Origin: Eledone cirrhosa
Taxonomy: Eukaryota
DNA: 64,000 nt
NCBI GenBank assembly: GCA_964016885.1
Contig: OZ024741.1
Span: 64,976,001 to 65,040,000 of the forward strand
Reading direction: 5' to 3'
Below are positions 26,960 through 41,905 of the stretch, piece after piece. Below the pieces are notes generated by a model, which did no database searches, was not told the origin of the DNA, and saw only the letters and a program-made list of their open reading frames with translations. The position numbers and the translations under genes were made by a program. Every line of letters begins with the position of its first letter. Within the stretch, counting starts at the first letter, position 1.

Positions 26960-27408
26960 ATCGTTTAATGTCCATTTTCCACGCTAGCATGTGTTAGACG
27001 GGAGTTGTCCCACTTGAGGCAAGGTTGGTCATGTGACCGTGTCTCGCTCATATATGACTATCTGGCAGGTTTTCTACGGCTGGATGCCCTTCCTAACACC
27101 AACCACATTTACAGTGTGGAACTGGGAACTTTTTACCATGTTACCTACACGGCCACATTACAGCGTGGACTGTGTTTTTTTTTTGTTGTGACACCTACAC
27201 GATCTTGATCTCATTATCTCACATATTTGGACTGGATGTTGTGGTACCAACTTTACAGAGAGATGGTGGTGTTTGTGGGAGTGGGAGGATAGGGTAGTGG
27301 ATTGGGTGTATATTTGGTTAAGAGGTGCCTACTGATTGTAGGTTTCGCTTTGTACATAGGCAAGGCGGGTCTTCTATATTACTGCGTAGCGCCAAAGATC
27401 TCGGTCCA
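26960..27408 (-). mobile_element. 5'-truncated copy of the RTE LINE 3' end
   Basis: High-identity reverse complement of 2943-3395, flanked by (TA)n. Confidence 0.85.
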
Positions 27409-30149
27409 TATATATATATATATATATATATATGAATGAAAAATGGAGCGAGAAACGGGACTGTCCATCATCAGTGATCTTCTGACTATCATCGGTATTT
27501 CTTCGCATTAAAGACCAGATACCTCAAAATCAGTGCGAGCAATAGGGCATCCAACTAGTATATATTAATGCCAAAAACTATGAGCACAACAAATAAGTGT
27601 TTGTATATATATATATAAATGGCTTCTACAGGACTAGAACTGTTTCATTCAGGAGAAATCATCTATATTAAATATTTGTACTCTGCTATGCATTGAGTAC
27701 CTTACTTACTGTGGTTACCCACACAATTGAACCCGGGATAAACTTTATAAACATATATATACATACATATTGATATACACATACAAGAATATATCTATAC
27801 ATATATACACACACACATAGTGTGTCTTTCTGCACATTCATCTATAGATGGGCAAACCTGTCCTAAAGTTCAATATGAAATTTCTTTCAAACCAGTCATA
27901 TATATATAGATACCCACACAATTGAGTGTACATACATACAGATGCAGATAAGCCCTTTGGTGCACTCTGACCAGTGTTATTTCCATATCTGGGCTTTATG
28001 GTCAACTCTGTAACATATACTGTGCGTGTGTGTATTTATTATAGGGAATTTTGTCCGACAGTCAAGCTTTAACCATTTTGATAGCTATCAAAACAGTTTA
28101 AGTTTAGCCATCGGGCAGAGAATCTCCATAATATCTACACTACTAAGTTGAATAATCGCTTTACTGCTCTTAACTAGTAACATACCCCCCACATACAGAC
28201 AATGCTGGTGGAAGGGTCAGCTGAGAAAGAGGGGGGGGTAGAAGAAAGCAGGTTGGTGTGAGATGATTACTAGGAATGATGGCAGTGTAATTTTTGTTTA
28301 ATGGATAGTGAGGACGGTATCTTTAAATAGGGCTAGTTTAAATCAGGGGCAGATCACCATGACCCGCGATAATGGAGGTCAGAAAAATTTCTTGACGGGG
28401 GTGGTACTGTGTAGAGAGTGTGTGTGTGTATGGCGTACGTGTATGAAATGAGGTACGCACACGCACACATATATCTTACAATTTAATAAACAGTGACTTC
28501 AGAATTTGCTCAACACACGTTTTGCGTTCTTTATTTAGTGAATTAGTTGTTTTTATCCATAAGAAAACACCTATTAAATATATATATATATATATGACAG
28601 CCGATGCTATAGGGATTTTTCCGCGTATCCGTTTCACTCCGTTTTCCACTGTCTGTCCTCATCACGTGTGCTCAAATTTCGAATTACACCCACCCACACC
28701 TGGCTTCCATCAACCAAATTCCACTTACACTTGCTCAAGGTCCCACGCAGTGAGGCTGAAACCAAAACTATGTAGAACACATTCACCAGATAGCCATGCC
28801 ACACACACATATATAGCGAGATTTATGTTCATTATAACACATCGCATATTACCTTCAGACACACCCCTATATATATATATATTATTTATGCATGTATTAT
28901 AGAAACGACTTCTACAGGACTAGAACTGTTTCATTCGTAAGAATAAGAAATCACCAGGAGAGCGTGAAAGAGTCCTAAGAAATTATAAGGATGAATCTTA
29001 CAGCGGCAAAATAGTAGTTATTTAAATAACAAGCAACACTGTTCGATCGAACTGATCAAAGGCATTCAAACCATGACATTCCCGTTTTTTTTTTTGTTCT
29101 TCGGAACTTCGGACTACTTTATCCAATGTATAGCATACAATTAGGGTGTGGCTGGAAGGAGATTTGGCTACTATATATATATATAATCAATTATTGCTAG
29201 GAACCTTATAAATATAATAAACTTTGGACATAAACATGCACGGTATATGAAAATGTGTGCTATTACAAGTACGAAAATGCATGTATATGATATGTATCAG
29301 ATACTAGAACACATATACATACATAAATATATGTATGACTTTGTTACATTTTAATTGAAAATGTGGGGAACAATTTATTCGTCATTTTAATTTAAAAAAT
29401 TTAAAAAAATCTATTGAAACTGTAGTATGCGGATGCATGCAATACATTTGTTTGAAATGCATGTAGAATATGTTTATATAACAGTGACTATAACAGAAGT
29501 TAAAAGTGTGTAAACTTTTACGGAATGACATTTAGAGAAATTCAGTATTAAAAGTGCGAGAGCAGGATGGAGGGAGATTTGTTTATTATCCAGAAGGTTA
29601 AAAAAACAGATGGTGAGTAGGAGAGATAGACAAATGAAAGTGAAGGATATATAGAGAGACAAATGTGTAGATGGATATGTGGGATGCTGTTGAGAAGCCC
29701 AAGGTCAACGTTGTTAGAGTAGACCTATAATAAAAAAGGGGGGGGGGGGACAGGCATGTGTATCTGGAATAATAATATTCAATGTGTTCTTTCATTGGTT
29801 TAAGGCAGTAAGGTGTAATGAGGGTGATTTGGCTGCTTTTTCTAGGATAGAGAGCTAGAGAGTAGTGGTAGTAAACAAAAAAAAGACACAAACATCACAA
29901 ATAGTAAGGAAGAAAAATGAAGCCATCTTATAGTTCTGACACCTGTTTCTACGAAAACGAGCTACATGAATATAAAGTAAAAACAATAGTAAAAGACCTT
30001 GCTCAAGCTCCATTATTCACATATGGATATAGCTATATATTTGTCTGGGCATTGACTCGAGAAATTATATATTAATGCTGATTGGAATTACATTAAGCTT
30101 TAAACATTATTTGCACAATCAGCTATTTACCCAAATATTTACCCTTGTG

Positions 30150-30182
<33 letters not shown>

Positions 30183-33100
30183 AGGGGGAGAATGTTGATG
30201 AGTGGAGGGAAGGAAGGAATGAGAGTAAGCAGAAAAATGTAAACAAGAACAAGGCGAATGGGTAGAAAAAAGATGCAAGAATACGTGTTTGTGCGCGTGT
30301 GTATATACACGTCTCTCTCTATACAGAGAGAGAGATTCATTGCCCGATGGTTAAGCTTATACCGTTTCGACACGATATAAGCTTCACCCTAGGGAAAAGA
30401 ATCCCCATAACAATATCTACACTTTACTTTTTTAGTATAGAGTACTAAATCTTACTAGTCTTAACTAATAACAATTGTGTGTGTATGTATGAGAGGGATG
30501 GCAAATGAGAGGTATATGGCATAGAAAGAGAATAGTTTGAAGAGAGAAGGTGGTAGGTAGCATTAGTAAGATGTCTATGGAACCCAAAAAAAGTGAGTGG
30601 CATGAATATAGTTATGGAAATAGACGAGGAGAGGGAAGAGAGAGAGAGGCAGAGAATAGTTTTGGAGATAAAAAGAGAGGGAGAGAGAGACCCAAAGAAA
30701 GAGTGACATATAAGTAAAGAAACGAGCGTGACACAGTTACAGAAAATGAAAGAAAAAGTTCCTAAGAAGTTAGAGGGGAGTTAAAAGAAGAGATAGATTG
30801 TGATGTGTTTATATAGAGAAAGTGAATGAGAGAGAGAACGAGGCATGCAGACGATACAGAAATAGTTAAAAATAATTTATACAAATTGACCGTAGATATA
30901 GAATACAGCATAACGCGATAGAGGTTAGAAAAACGAGAATAATATTCAAAAAGTAACATAACACACACATATATATAATATGAGATAGGTGCCCCAGCAT
31001 GACCTTGACCACGGTGGCTAAATAAAACTCAAGAAATATGATGAGGCATAGAGATGTGTTTATGGTGTGCCTGTAAAGACGAAACAATATAATCGGTTGT
31101 GACATAAAAAAAAGAAATGAAGTGTTATGTATGACACAGGAAAAATGTGACGCGGTGAATATGACACAGGGTTCTGAGAGATAAGTTCGTCTTTTAAATA
31201 AAAAAGAATTTCTTTCTTTTTTTTTTAAATATATGAATAAATTCTCTCTAAAACAGTTTTTTTTTTCCCGTATAAGTTTCTAATTTAGGCACAAAGCCAA
31301 AAGTTTTTTGGGGAAGGAGAAAGTCGATTATATAGATAGACCATAGTACTTAACTGGTACTTTATTTTAGCGACCTCGGAAAGATGAAAGATAAAGTTTT
31401 ACCTCGACGCAATCTGAACCTAGAAATGAATGAGTCGTAACTAAATATCATAAAGCTCTACCGATTTTGCCAAACCACCGCCCGCTTTTTATTAAAATAA
31501 TATTAAGGGTGGTGATGATTATCCATAACATAATTATGAGTTCCTCGATTTGGAGAAAGAATATATAATTATTCCACGACAAAATAAATTTGGGAACAGC
31601 TAATAGAGAAAAGGGAGTAAAAGGGGTCAGGAGGATGTTTGACACGGAAATGCTAGGGTATGTTAAATAGTGCATAAATAATGTATCCTCCGTCGGGTTC
31701 AACGATGAGCATTTTATTGTTCGATCAACTAAACACCCCATCCGCTAAATTAACGTGTAAATGGCTGAGTATTTCACAGCAACGAGTACCTCGAGAATAG
31801 TTCTCAGGCAAAAATCAGCATGACATTATATGACGAGGCTGGCCATTTGAATTATAAGAACACTCCATCTAGCCAATTTCATTTATAAGTATTCGGTTGA
31901 CTCGAGATTATAAATAAAAACACTTCAGTGGGATCAAACCTGGAATCCCACAATTGCAAAGCGAATTGTTTAGCCACTCAGCCATACCTGCTCCTAGAAA
32001 TAGTATAAATAGGAATATGTAATCCAGTTTAGTTTCCACTCTCTAGTTTACCCCGTTTTTATTTAAGTTTGAAAGTTGTTGCTGGTGTTTTAGCCCCATA
32101 TCGGTCCTATGATCATCCAAAACTTTCCAGCCATGATATCTTTGTATATTTAGGGTTATATTATCCAAGGTGTCTTTTTTAAAAGTTGAGTGAGATTACA
32201 TAGAAGCTCTATTGATGGTTCGACACTTTAAAGTTGCTGTTTAACCCTAGGTTAGCTCTGATCGAGCCAACTTTTGACTAAAAGGTTCAGCCTTACAATC
32301 CCGTCTTTTTTTTTTTTTTTTCCAGGCATAATGGATTTAGGGCTAAATTGTCCAATGTGCTCCTTTCTTTTTAAGTTGCTAGGGAGATTTGCCTGGTACT
32401 TCTAGCAAGTTGAGAACATTCGTTTGTTAAAAAAAAAATTTTAACTTTGTATTTTTCTAACCTAAACTGGCTATAGCTTCGAGTGACAATCTTTAGAGGC
32501 CTCAAGAATTTTTTTAACAAAAGGCCTCCTGACTAACCCGAGTTAGCTTGGCGACATGGATTCCGCGTATTTTTAACTTCGTTGAAACAAGAAACCAGAG
32601 AAACTATTTCTCAGCAGTGATTGATTATAAAATAATACAATATTATTTTCATGGCGATGGAGAACGCCAAACCATACCATTTTAATAACAGCCGTTTACA
32701 TTTTGAGTTCAAATCCATCCTTTCTTAATCGACTGCTTTCTCCTTGAACATTTGTGCAAATGTTCCAAATTACTATTGTTTCCTATTTTAAGTTTTATTT
32801 TATATCTATGGGTGTTTATGGGGTTGTTTCATGAATAGCGATAGAGAAGGATGGAGGAAGGGGAGTAGAAAAGAAAACAAGTAAAGACAAAGTAGTGACA
32901 TGGGAAGGAAGTACGGGAAGAGTATTGACAATGAAATGATGAGTAAGCGATGCGGGGGGGGGGGGTGTAATTTAAATAAGGTGTAAAACAGCAAGTTGTT
33001 TAGCCACTCAGATCAGCCTTGGATGAAGAGACATGATCAAAAGCTTCAGACTTGCACACCTAGAACTACATTGGTTAATGGGTCCTTTCTTTTTAAAATA

Positions 33101-33307
33101 AACTGAGGGAATTTGGCTTCTATTTCTTGCAGGTTGGATGACTGTATATATGCGCCTTTGTTTGCTCGCGTAGAGGCACCCTTGTTAGCGCTTGTAGAGG
33201 TTCTATGAGTATTGAGGAATGGTTTACTTTAAAATATAGTATCAGTGAAACCCAGACCAACACGTTTAACGTTTCATCTGTATCTGTGTTGCCAGTTATA
33301 TATATAT

Positions 33308-33499
33308 ATAGGAACGAGTAGGACCCCGACGGCTGAGCTCAAGCCGTTTCGACGGCTAATTCTGGAATTAGCCGTCGAAACGGCTTGAGCTCAGCCGTCG
33401 GGGTCCTACTCGTTCCTATTACCCATTCTACTACCCTAAGTATTGAGTACCTTTGTGCGTTATGGTCTACCTGGTTCCTTACCACATTTCCTTCGTTAT
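33308..33499. mobile_element. Short palindromic element in (TA)n with half-hammerhead
   Basis: Palindrome 33308-33419 plus unique tail; related copies at 37488-37741, 60725-60826 and 26840-26920. Confidence 0.7.
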
Positions 33500-36308
33500 A
33501 TATATATATATAGGGATGTGCATATCTGAGCGTACATGTATTAGCGAATAGCTGGCATATAAAGAAAGAGAAATTAAGAGTGACATACATAAGGATTACG
33601 AATATGGAATAGAGTTTAAATCCGAACTTGCTAAGGTGATTGACTCAGCACTTAATGTTTAGAAATGTGAATGTAGACAAAATGTTAGTTGACATTCCTT
33701 TTTGAACAGTGCATAAAATAGAGCTATATATAAACATCATCACATTGTAATAACTTGCCTAGCACTGTATTTTATCCTTCTGATAGTGATATTATCATTT
33801 ACACACACACAAACTACATACAATTCTGTTTTCTCTGCACATAGATACCAACAATTCTTTCTTTATTGTATGTGTGAGTAAAACTTGTATGTAATCTATG
33901 TGACATTTAACCGTTTACCAATATATGTAGTAGACACAGCATGGCCAAATGGTTAAGGAGTTCGCTTTGCAATCATCAGGTCCTCGGTTTGATTCACTTC
34001 ATGGTATTTGGTTCGACCCATACCTAATGAAAGAAATTGAGTAGACGGAAACTGTTTGGAAGCCCGTCGGATGAACTGTATCCATAATTTAAAAGGGCTG
34101 CCTTGTCACACATTGCGTCTAGGTGAATCTCCCTGAAAATTACGCTAATTTCACAAGTAGGTTGTTTCCTTGATCGAATATAGCTGGAACACTCATTGTC
34201 GAAACCGACAGAGGACTATTCCAATGTATCTGTCTATATGTGCCTGAGTGACGTTTATAACTCTACTATGAATGATATCACTATGTTATGGAACATGGAT
34301 TGAACTTCTGTCGGTTCCGACGATCAATTTTCCAGTCGTTTGATCAACGGAACAGCTTGTTCGTGAAATTAACGAATAAGTGACTGAGCGTTCTCTGATA
34401 TACATTCAGATTATATATCTAAATGGAACGAAGTACGCATCCTTCTTCAAACAGTGAGCATTCTCACTAATTAGCCCTTGTCTATTGGTGTTGTCATCGC
34501 GACCTTCTCGAAAAATATGACGGCTGATCATTAACAGACGCACCTCAATTTTGGCAGGCCTTTTCTTGAACCATCACTTGCCAGTACCTCTAAACCTGAC
34601 CTGATTTTCCGGGATATACTTTTGGGTAGGGTGCGTGTGGTGTATACGATTTCCACGGTGGGTAACAGTGGGCAAATAAATGAAAAACCGTATAAAACCT
34701 ATAGACATTCGAAAGTGTCTCAGCAGACGACAATTATTTGTGTGTGTATGCATGCTTTCTCTCTAGTGTTCCTTCGCCTCTTTATCTCTCTCGCATATTA
34801 CCTGCCACTTCGGTCAGTGTGTATATTCCTCCTTAAGCCCATATACTAATTCTGTCTGTCTTACTCTCGCTCCCCACCACCACCTCTATATGTTCTCAAA
34901 CGAGATAGCGGATCAAAGAAGTGTGTAGAAGTTAATGATAGAGAAGATGACGAAAAAAATTGTGTTACGGTAAGAGACGACGGTATCAAAGGTTGGATCC
35001 AATGAAGATGATGTGGACATCTTTTGTTTTATGTATATAAAATGGTTGACAATAAGATTAAACTGAAAAAAAAAAAATGTTTCTTAGCTAATAGAATAAT
35101 TGTAGATGAATAAAAAAGAATGATTGATTTTGTTTTTTTGTTCAAAATTCGAATGACTTTTTTTTTGACAAAATATTCAAGGTTAGCTTTGCCTTTCATC
35201 CTTTCGGGGTGGATAAAATAAAGCACCAGTAATGCACTGGGTCGAATTAACTGTCCCTTTCCCTATAATTGTTGGCCTTGTGCCTAAATCAGAAACCATT
35301 GTTTATTATATCTTCCACGATTACTACATGAGCTTTCGATCTTCCACGTTCAGCCATTTATTAAATATATAAACAATTTTTAAAAAATTAAAATTTTTTT
35401 CGTTTCATTTTATTTGTGGTTATAATTTTCTTTTGGCTTTCTTTTTATTCAGCCATTTTATATACCTAAAACGAAAGATACCAAGAAAGTATGGCGAATT
35501 CAAGGAAAGGGAAAGGTGGGTGTATGATGGGGAGATTTAAAAATAAGATAGAAATGGCAATGAGAAGGAAGGAAATAAACATACTAGATTAGTGTGAACG
35601 AGTTGGAGAAAATACAAACGGAAGGGGGAAAAAGTAATATGAAATACACGACAGGCGTGAGAGAGACAGTTATTAGGCGGGTATTGTTAAGTCAGACCAC
35701 TGGTCAAAGGCGTTCTGACTATGGTCATCGCCAGTTTTTTTTAGACAGTGTATCTAGGACTACATTATCCGACGTGCCCAGGTGAGAGAGTATTAAAAAA
35801 GTACGTTTGAGACGGAAACAGTAGACAGCTTAAAAAATAGGAGGAAAATGATATGAGAGGAATAAAAAGCGAGAAAGAACTTGTAGAAGCATTGTTATAT
35901 AAAATAAATTCTAGTGATAGAAGCCACCACGATACTGTCTCAATAATAGATTTATATCAACTTTTTTTCCCCAATATTAGGATTTTTTTTTTTCACAGAT
36001 GTAAAACATAGAATACATTTTTTCTTTTTATTCTATCATTTTTGTGTGTGTGTGTGTGTGTGGGGAGGGGGGGGGGGGGTCATCATTTTTCTTCGCATAT
36101 AAACATAAAATAGAAGTAGGCTGAAGGAGAGAAAGTAGAGAAAGAAAAGTGAAGCAAATGAAAAATTAAAGAACCAATATTTTGAGAGAGAGGGGGAGGG
36201 GTTAGAACTTTACATAAAGAACGATAATGAAAAGAGAAAAAAAATAATGTGCGTGTATGTAATAGAAACAGTAATAAAGATAACTCGAGTAATTTAAAGT
36301 GTGCGTGC

Positions 36309-36363
<55 letters not shown>

Positions 36364-36415
36364 TACAAGGCGGAGTATTTGAGTGAGTGCTTAGAAAGTA
36401 CTGTGTAGAACTTAC

Positions 36416-36487
36416 TGGAGAGGATCCCCTTCCATAGCGCTGAAAGTGTGGTGGTTCTTGTAAACATCCACATAGAATATCGTGTAC
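36416..36487 (-). CDS. Candidate 72-bp exon of the minus-strand host gene
   Basis: Acceptor CTGCTTGTCTCAG and donor CCA|GTAAGT; open, phase 0/0 (VHDILCGCLQEPPHFQRYGRGSSP); no homology evidence. Confidence 0.3.
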
Positions 36488-36624
36488 CTGAGACAAGCAG
36501 TGGTTTAACTTCTTCATGAGAACACTAAACATTAAGCTTGATAACCGACTTGCTCTGATAATTCTTCCTCTCTGTCTCTCTTTCTTTCGTCGTCCTTCAC
36601 TTAATCAAGTCCCAACTTTTTCTT

Positions 36625-36670
<46 letters not shown>

Positions 36671-37446
36671 ATCCAGCTTCTTCCCCCATCTATGCTACAA
36701 AATCCGTTTCCTTTTTGTTCTTGATATTTTCCTTCTTTCAGTTCTATCCGTTTTCCTTTCTTTTCGTCTGTATTTTTCTTTTTATTTGTTTTTCTTTCTT
36801 CATTTCTTCTTTTTGTTTTCGTCCCGTCAGTCTTTAATTCTTCTTATCTGTTTTCTTTCCCATCGGCTTTATTTTCATCTACGCTCTTTTTTCCTCTCCT
36901 AACGTCCGTTTTGACTGGTGATAGGTATACGTTTATGTTTGCGTGTGTACAAAAAACGATGACAATACTAAAGTTGCTATGTTGTCACATCCCATTAAGT
37001 CATAAAGATCAATGAAATTGGTTGATATTACTTTACAAAATATCACAAGCAAAACATACAGGCCAGAGTATATATGATAAAGAGCCTTAGTGCTTTGCTA
37101 TCGCATACGGTTGGTGTTGATACATACAACTGTTGCTGTTGCCGTTACCGCTCCTGTTTGTGGCTGTTGAAATTAGTCGACACATGGAAATTTGAGGTAA
37201 ATATTTACAATTTCTGATAGTTATTACAGCATGCAAAACACGTGATAGGCAATGTTAAAGAATGACTGACTATATTACTTATATGTGTGTATGTATGTGG
37301 GGTGTGTGTATAAATTTATACTAATTATATGAATATAAAGAATCCTTGATATCAGAGCTAGAAATAAAACGAAAATACCTCGTCATATTCACCAGATTCA
37401 TTGAGAATATACATTAGTGCTCACTCGTCGGTGGATATGTGGTTAT

Positions 37447-37487
<41 letters not shown>

Positions 37488-37488
<1 letters not shown>

Positions 37489-37741
37489 ACGAAGGAAGTG
37501 AGGTAAGGAACCAGATGGACCATAACGCACCAGAGTACTCAATACTTAGGGAAGTAGAGTGCGTAATAGGAAAATGTTCAACCCCGACGGCAGAGCTCAA
37601 TCCGTTCCGACGGCTATTTCTGGATCAATCAGAAATAGCCGTCGAAACGGCTTGAGCTCTGCCGTCGGGATTGAACATTTCCCCATATATATGGAAAGAG
37701 TCAGGATCCCGACTACTGAGCTCCGGCCGTTTCGACAGCTA
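37488..37741. mobile_element. Second copy of the 33.3-kb palindromic element plus a partial third
   Basis: Palindrome about 37568-37684 with GCCGTCGAAACGGCTTGAGCTCTGCCGTC; flanked by (TA)n. Confidence 0.7.
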
Positions 37742-37789
37742 TATATATATATATATATTATATACCCATACGTTCGTCGTATTCACCGG

Positions 37790-38060
37790 ATTTATTTCGC
37801 ATGCCCTACTTCGCTTATTCCTGAGAGGGCCGTGGAGGCAGAATCCTCAGGCCCGCCTTCCAGCGGATCCTGCCAGAAGCAACCGTATCCAATTGATCAT
37901 GCTGGATCCCCAGGCGAGCCAACCGAGTTCATGGATGTTATCCGACCCTCTTGCCCGGGGTCCACCCCTGGGCCTCCTGCCGGTTGGTTTTGCCCGTAAA
38001 ATCTGTCCAGCGATTTTTTCCTTAGACATTCTGGCCACGTCTGGAGTATCGAAGCTGTTT
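37790..38060 (-). mobile_element. RTE-like LINE 3' fragment (second family)
   Basis: ARMSKEKIAGQILRAKPTGRRPRGGPRARGSDNI matches the RTE C-terminal GxRPRGRPxxRWxDxI pattern; GC-rich island. Confidence 0.65.
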
Positions 38061-38062
38061 TA

Positions 38063-38121
<59 letters not shown>

Positions 38122-38122
<1 letters not shown>

Positions 38123-38297
38123 TTATTAAAATAACAGATTAAAGTTTAAGCAAAGAATGAAAGCAGCGGTTCTTTGCTTAAACTTTAATCTGTTATTTTA
38201 ATAAATATTTGCTCTACGGTTCTTATATATTTGATATATATTTATCCTTATCGAGTCCTCTTTGGATTTTAGTCTTCAAATTTATTATTATTACTAT
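38122..38297. mobile_element. Short fold-back derivative of the 43.2-44.25 kb PLE end
   Basis: TTATTAAAATAACAGATTAAAGTTTAAGCAAAGAA and its reverse complement, plus tail matching 44160-44250. Confidence 0.7.
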
Positions 38298-39469
38298 ATA
38301 TATATAAAGATATATTTTCCTTTTATGATACCCGAAATATATATTTCTTTAATTCTTTTACTGGTTTCAGTCAGTAAACTGCAGTCATGTTGGGGTGCCT
38401 TCATCAAAGGTTTAATCGAACATATCGATTCCAGTACATATTTTTGTTTTATTGATTGCTATTTATCGAATTGATAGTTATAAAGGATCACATCATAAGC
38501 ACGACCAAACATACAATAATATATCAGGGATGTACACTCCTTTCAAAAATAGTAAATCCATCAAGTTTATTCAACAAAACAATCGTGGATCACTTGTATG
38601 GTATTGATGAAGCTGGATGTGGTGCGCAATAGGATCGAACCCAGTACCAGTCAATTGCGAAATGAATTCTTAAGCACTATGCGAGCACATATCACCACAC
38701 CGCTTAACGTTCATTTTCCATACTTGCACGTGTTGCAACGTTGCAACTAGGCAGGTCAACCGACCACGTCGTGCTCATACATTGGTTTTATGGTTTGATG
38801 CCCTTTCTAACTCCAATCACTATAAAGCGTGTACCGTGAGCATTTTTTGTGACACCAGCTGAGATAAGAACAACAACCTCATTGTTAAATTGGTATTTGT
38901 TGAAACAGAGTGGCCTAGTTAGTAACGTATGGAATTAACAATTCACGGATAATCATTTCAAATCTAGTGTTGGTGCTTCAGTACGTTTGGTCGGGTGACT
39001 TTATTCTACATACAACACACACGCAGAGGACAGACGATGGGAAAATGTACAGAAACGATAAAAACATAGTAAAAACGAAGAATCAAAACACAAATCGACA
39101 TGAGCGCGAAAGACCCATATTCAGAAAATCTGATGTAATTATGATTGTGGAGGTAGAAGAAAAGTAAGGAAATAGAAAGTTTTGATGAGAGGGGTAATAG
39201 CAACAGTGTGAGGAATAATGTTGAAGAGAAGGTGAAATTAACACTAATATTATGAGGCGGAAGAAAGAGAAAACATTTACAGTGTGTTGCTGACAAAACG
39301 AAACGTATTGGTGGTGGTTGTGGTTATGTAAGGAAAGCGAAGACTGTTGTTAATAATAATAAAAATAATTTATAATGTTTTTTAATCGTCAGTTATTTAA
39401 CGCATGGGCTTTAGTACAGTTAACTGGAGTCCCCTAAACCGAATCTTTTACAAAGAACTAAGTTTCCAG

Positions 39470-41281
39470 TTTAACAGGTGTCTTTGTTAGGATAGTTAAT
39501 ACCAATAAGCAAAGGAAACACAGACGAAAAACATAAATATAAATGGATATCGACCCTCGGCAACAACCTCACGGGATCTAACACAACCAGATTCCCGATA
39601 TACCAACTGGACCGCCCACTCTGTCCACTGCCTGCCAACCGCGAGCTGGAAGAAAAACACTCGAGACTAAAACATTCCGTATTTAACATCTTACGGAAAC
39701 AGAAGATAGCCCCCAAATCTCTCCAGGACGCAACAACTCGCCCTGAAGAACCTGCGGTTACTCCACTAGAAATAGCAGACTGCCCACTTTCTATCACCTC
39801 ATCAAGACCCACAAGAATAGTACTAAGACACAAATAAGACCCATCGTCCCTAGCATAGAAGGGCCCCTATACAAAATCTCCTGGCTCCTCAAGCCTCTAC
39901 TCTCCACCTTTCCCGGGCATGTCAGTAGCTCCGACGAGGTCATACGTAGACTACACCAACTCCAGCCAGAACAACTTAAATTAAATAGATACGCCTTTAG
40001 CCTCGGCGTTGTCTCCCTCTACACCACAGTCCCATCCAGCTGTCGATTTATTGACGGACTGCGTGGTCGCAGAAGACGTCCCCTACTACGGCCTCCATCC
40101 GACGGACATACACCAGCTTTTGTCCTTCACAGTGGACAACACGTACTTCATCTTCCACCACCACACATACAGACAGACAACAGGATTACCCATGTGATAA
40201 AGCCTATCGGGCCTGCTGGCCATCACTTATATGAACCAGCTGGAATGCCGAGCCCTCAACACCTGCCATTCCTATACCTTCTTCACCCGATATGTAGATG
40301 ACATACTCATCCTTACATCATCCTGTGAAGAAGCGGATAAAATATACATGACATTCTCCAGCATGGACGCCAATATAAAGTTCAGCATAGAACATCCCGA
40401 TGACCGTGGATTCCTATCTCTATTGGACTTCCAACTCAGAGTAACAGAGGAAGACAACATCCACACCTGCTTCTATAAAAAAGCCGCCAGCAGGGACTTT
40501 TTCGTACATTTCAGATCAGCCCTCCCAGTCAGCGCTAAGTTCGGATACATAAGGAACGAACTGGCACGTATCCAGAACAAATGCACCGACGCAAGAGACC
40601 GGGACACACACACCACACATTTCCTGGAAGTACTTAAACTGAACGGATACCTGACGTCCACCGCGAACCGTGCCAGAAACAACAGAGGACACCACACCCG
40701 AGGCACTAACACCTGCTTCCTGAAGCTCCCACACTTCAGTGACGAAACAACAACAGCCATCCGCAGACCTATCATACGAGAGGGACTAGATATCCTGCTA
40801 GCCCACTCAGGACCTTCTCTACGCGGACAGCTAACCAAAAGACACTCCACCAGACACGACAGCCGCTGCAGGCTAGCCAACTGCCCCATCGACGACACAG
40901 ACCTATGCCACCAGGCTTACGTCGTACACAGATTAGAGTGCGACAAATGCAGCAATTTCTACATAGGTAGCACCACCAGACCACTTCACATTAGAATAAA
41001 AGAACACCTCAACACTAACGCTTCCTCATTTAAGAAACACCTAGTGAAATGCAAAAACACCGACAAAAAAATAATAGTTAGGATAGAAGCTAAGGAAAGA
41101 AACCTCGGCAATCTTAGAATTAAAGAAGCACTAATTATAGATAAACCACAACCACCAATCAATAACAGACTAGAACTCAAAACCCAATTTTTAACATGAT
41201 AGAGCACCTAGCCCCACACTTACACCTCCACGTACCATCTCACAAACACACACACACACGCACGCTTACACCTTCACTTAT

Positions 41282-41342
<61 letters not shown>

Positions 41343-41690
41343 CCAGTTTTAACATGATAGAGCATCAGCCCCCACATTTACATATAAACATGTCCTCTCA
41401 CACGTATGCTTACACCTTCACGTATTCTCCCACACACACTTAGACATACATGTCCAAACCCTTTAGAAATAGAATGGAATTTCTTTACTATTTCCTGTCA
41501 GCATGACTTGGCAAGCTAATTAGAACACTGGATTAACCCCTTTACTTCCCTCCGAAGAAGAGATATTAAGGATATTCAAATAAATTTAAGGTAAAAGATT
41601 AATTGTCAGCAATATCTTTTGCATTTGTATTTATATTCTATATCCATACCTGCATTGTTCTGGCCTTCTAACTTCAAACGTTTATATAAA
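39470..41690 (+). mobile_element. Penelope-like retroelement, disrupted (RT plus C-terminal GIY-YIG endonuclease)
   Basis: IRPIVPSI, FSLGVVSLYT, YRQTTGLPM**SLSGLLA, RYVDDI, FLSLLDF, then VVHRLEC..C..FYIGSTTRPLHIRIKEH and LRIKEALII; stops and frameshift upstream of 40231. Confidence 0.9.
40231..41199 (+). pseudogene. PLE RT C-terminal half plus GIY-YIG open segment (322 aa)
   Basis: ORF track; YVDD motif and GIY-YIG-type YIG/R/H/E/N residues. Confidence 0.88.
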
Positions 41691-41714
41691 TAGTTAATTT
41701 TTAATAACAGTAAT

Positions 41715-41905
41715 AATTGTTTCTACTTTAGGCACAAGGCCAGCAATTACCCAGTGCATTACTGTTACTTTATTTTATCGACCTCGTAAGGATGAAAGGC
41801 AAAGTTAACCTCGACGGGATTTGAACTCAGACCGTAAAGGGACATAACTATGCTGAAAGCATGTCGTCCGACCCTCTACCGATACTGCCAATCCACCGCC
41901 CTAAT
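41715..41905 (-). mobile_element. Family A SINE
   Basis: Full reverse complement of 43408-43590. Confidence 0.85.

Noticed and set aside
40195-40200. In-frame TGA in the PLE RT as selenocysteine or readthrough
   Set aside because: Immediately followed by TAA, replaces the conserved G of GLPMG, and the copy also has a frameshift and a lost catalytic Asp (FSLGVV): ordinary decay
41545-41625. Expected hammerhead after the 40-kb PLE (CCGAAGA-AGAGATATT...AATATCTT)
   Set aside because: No GAAA or stem III found
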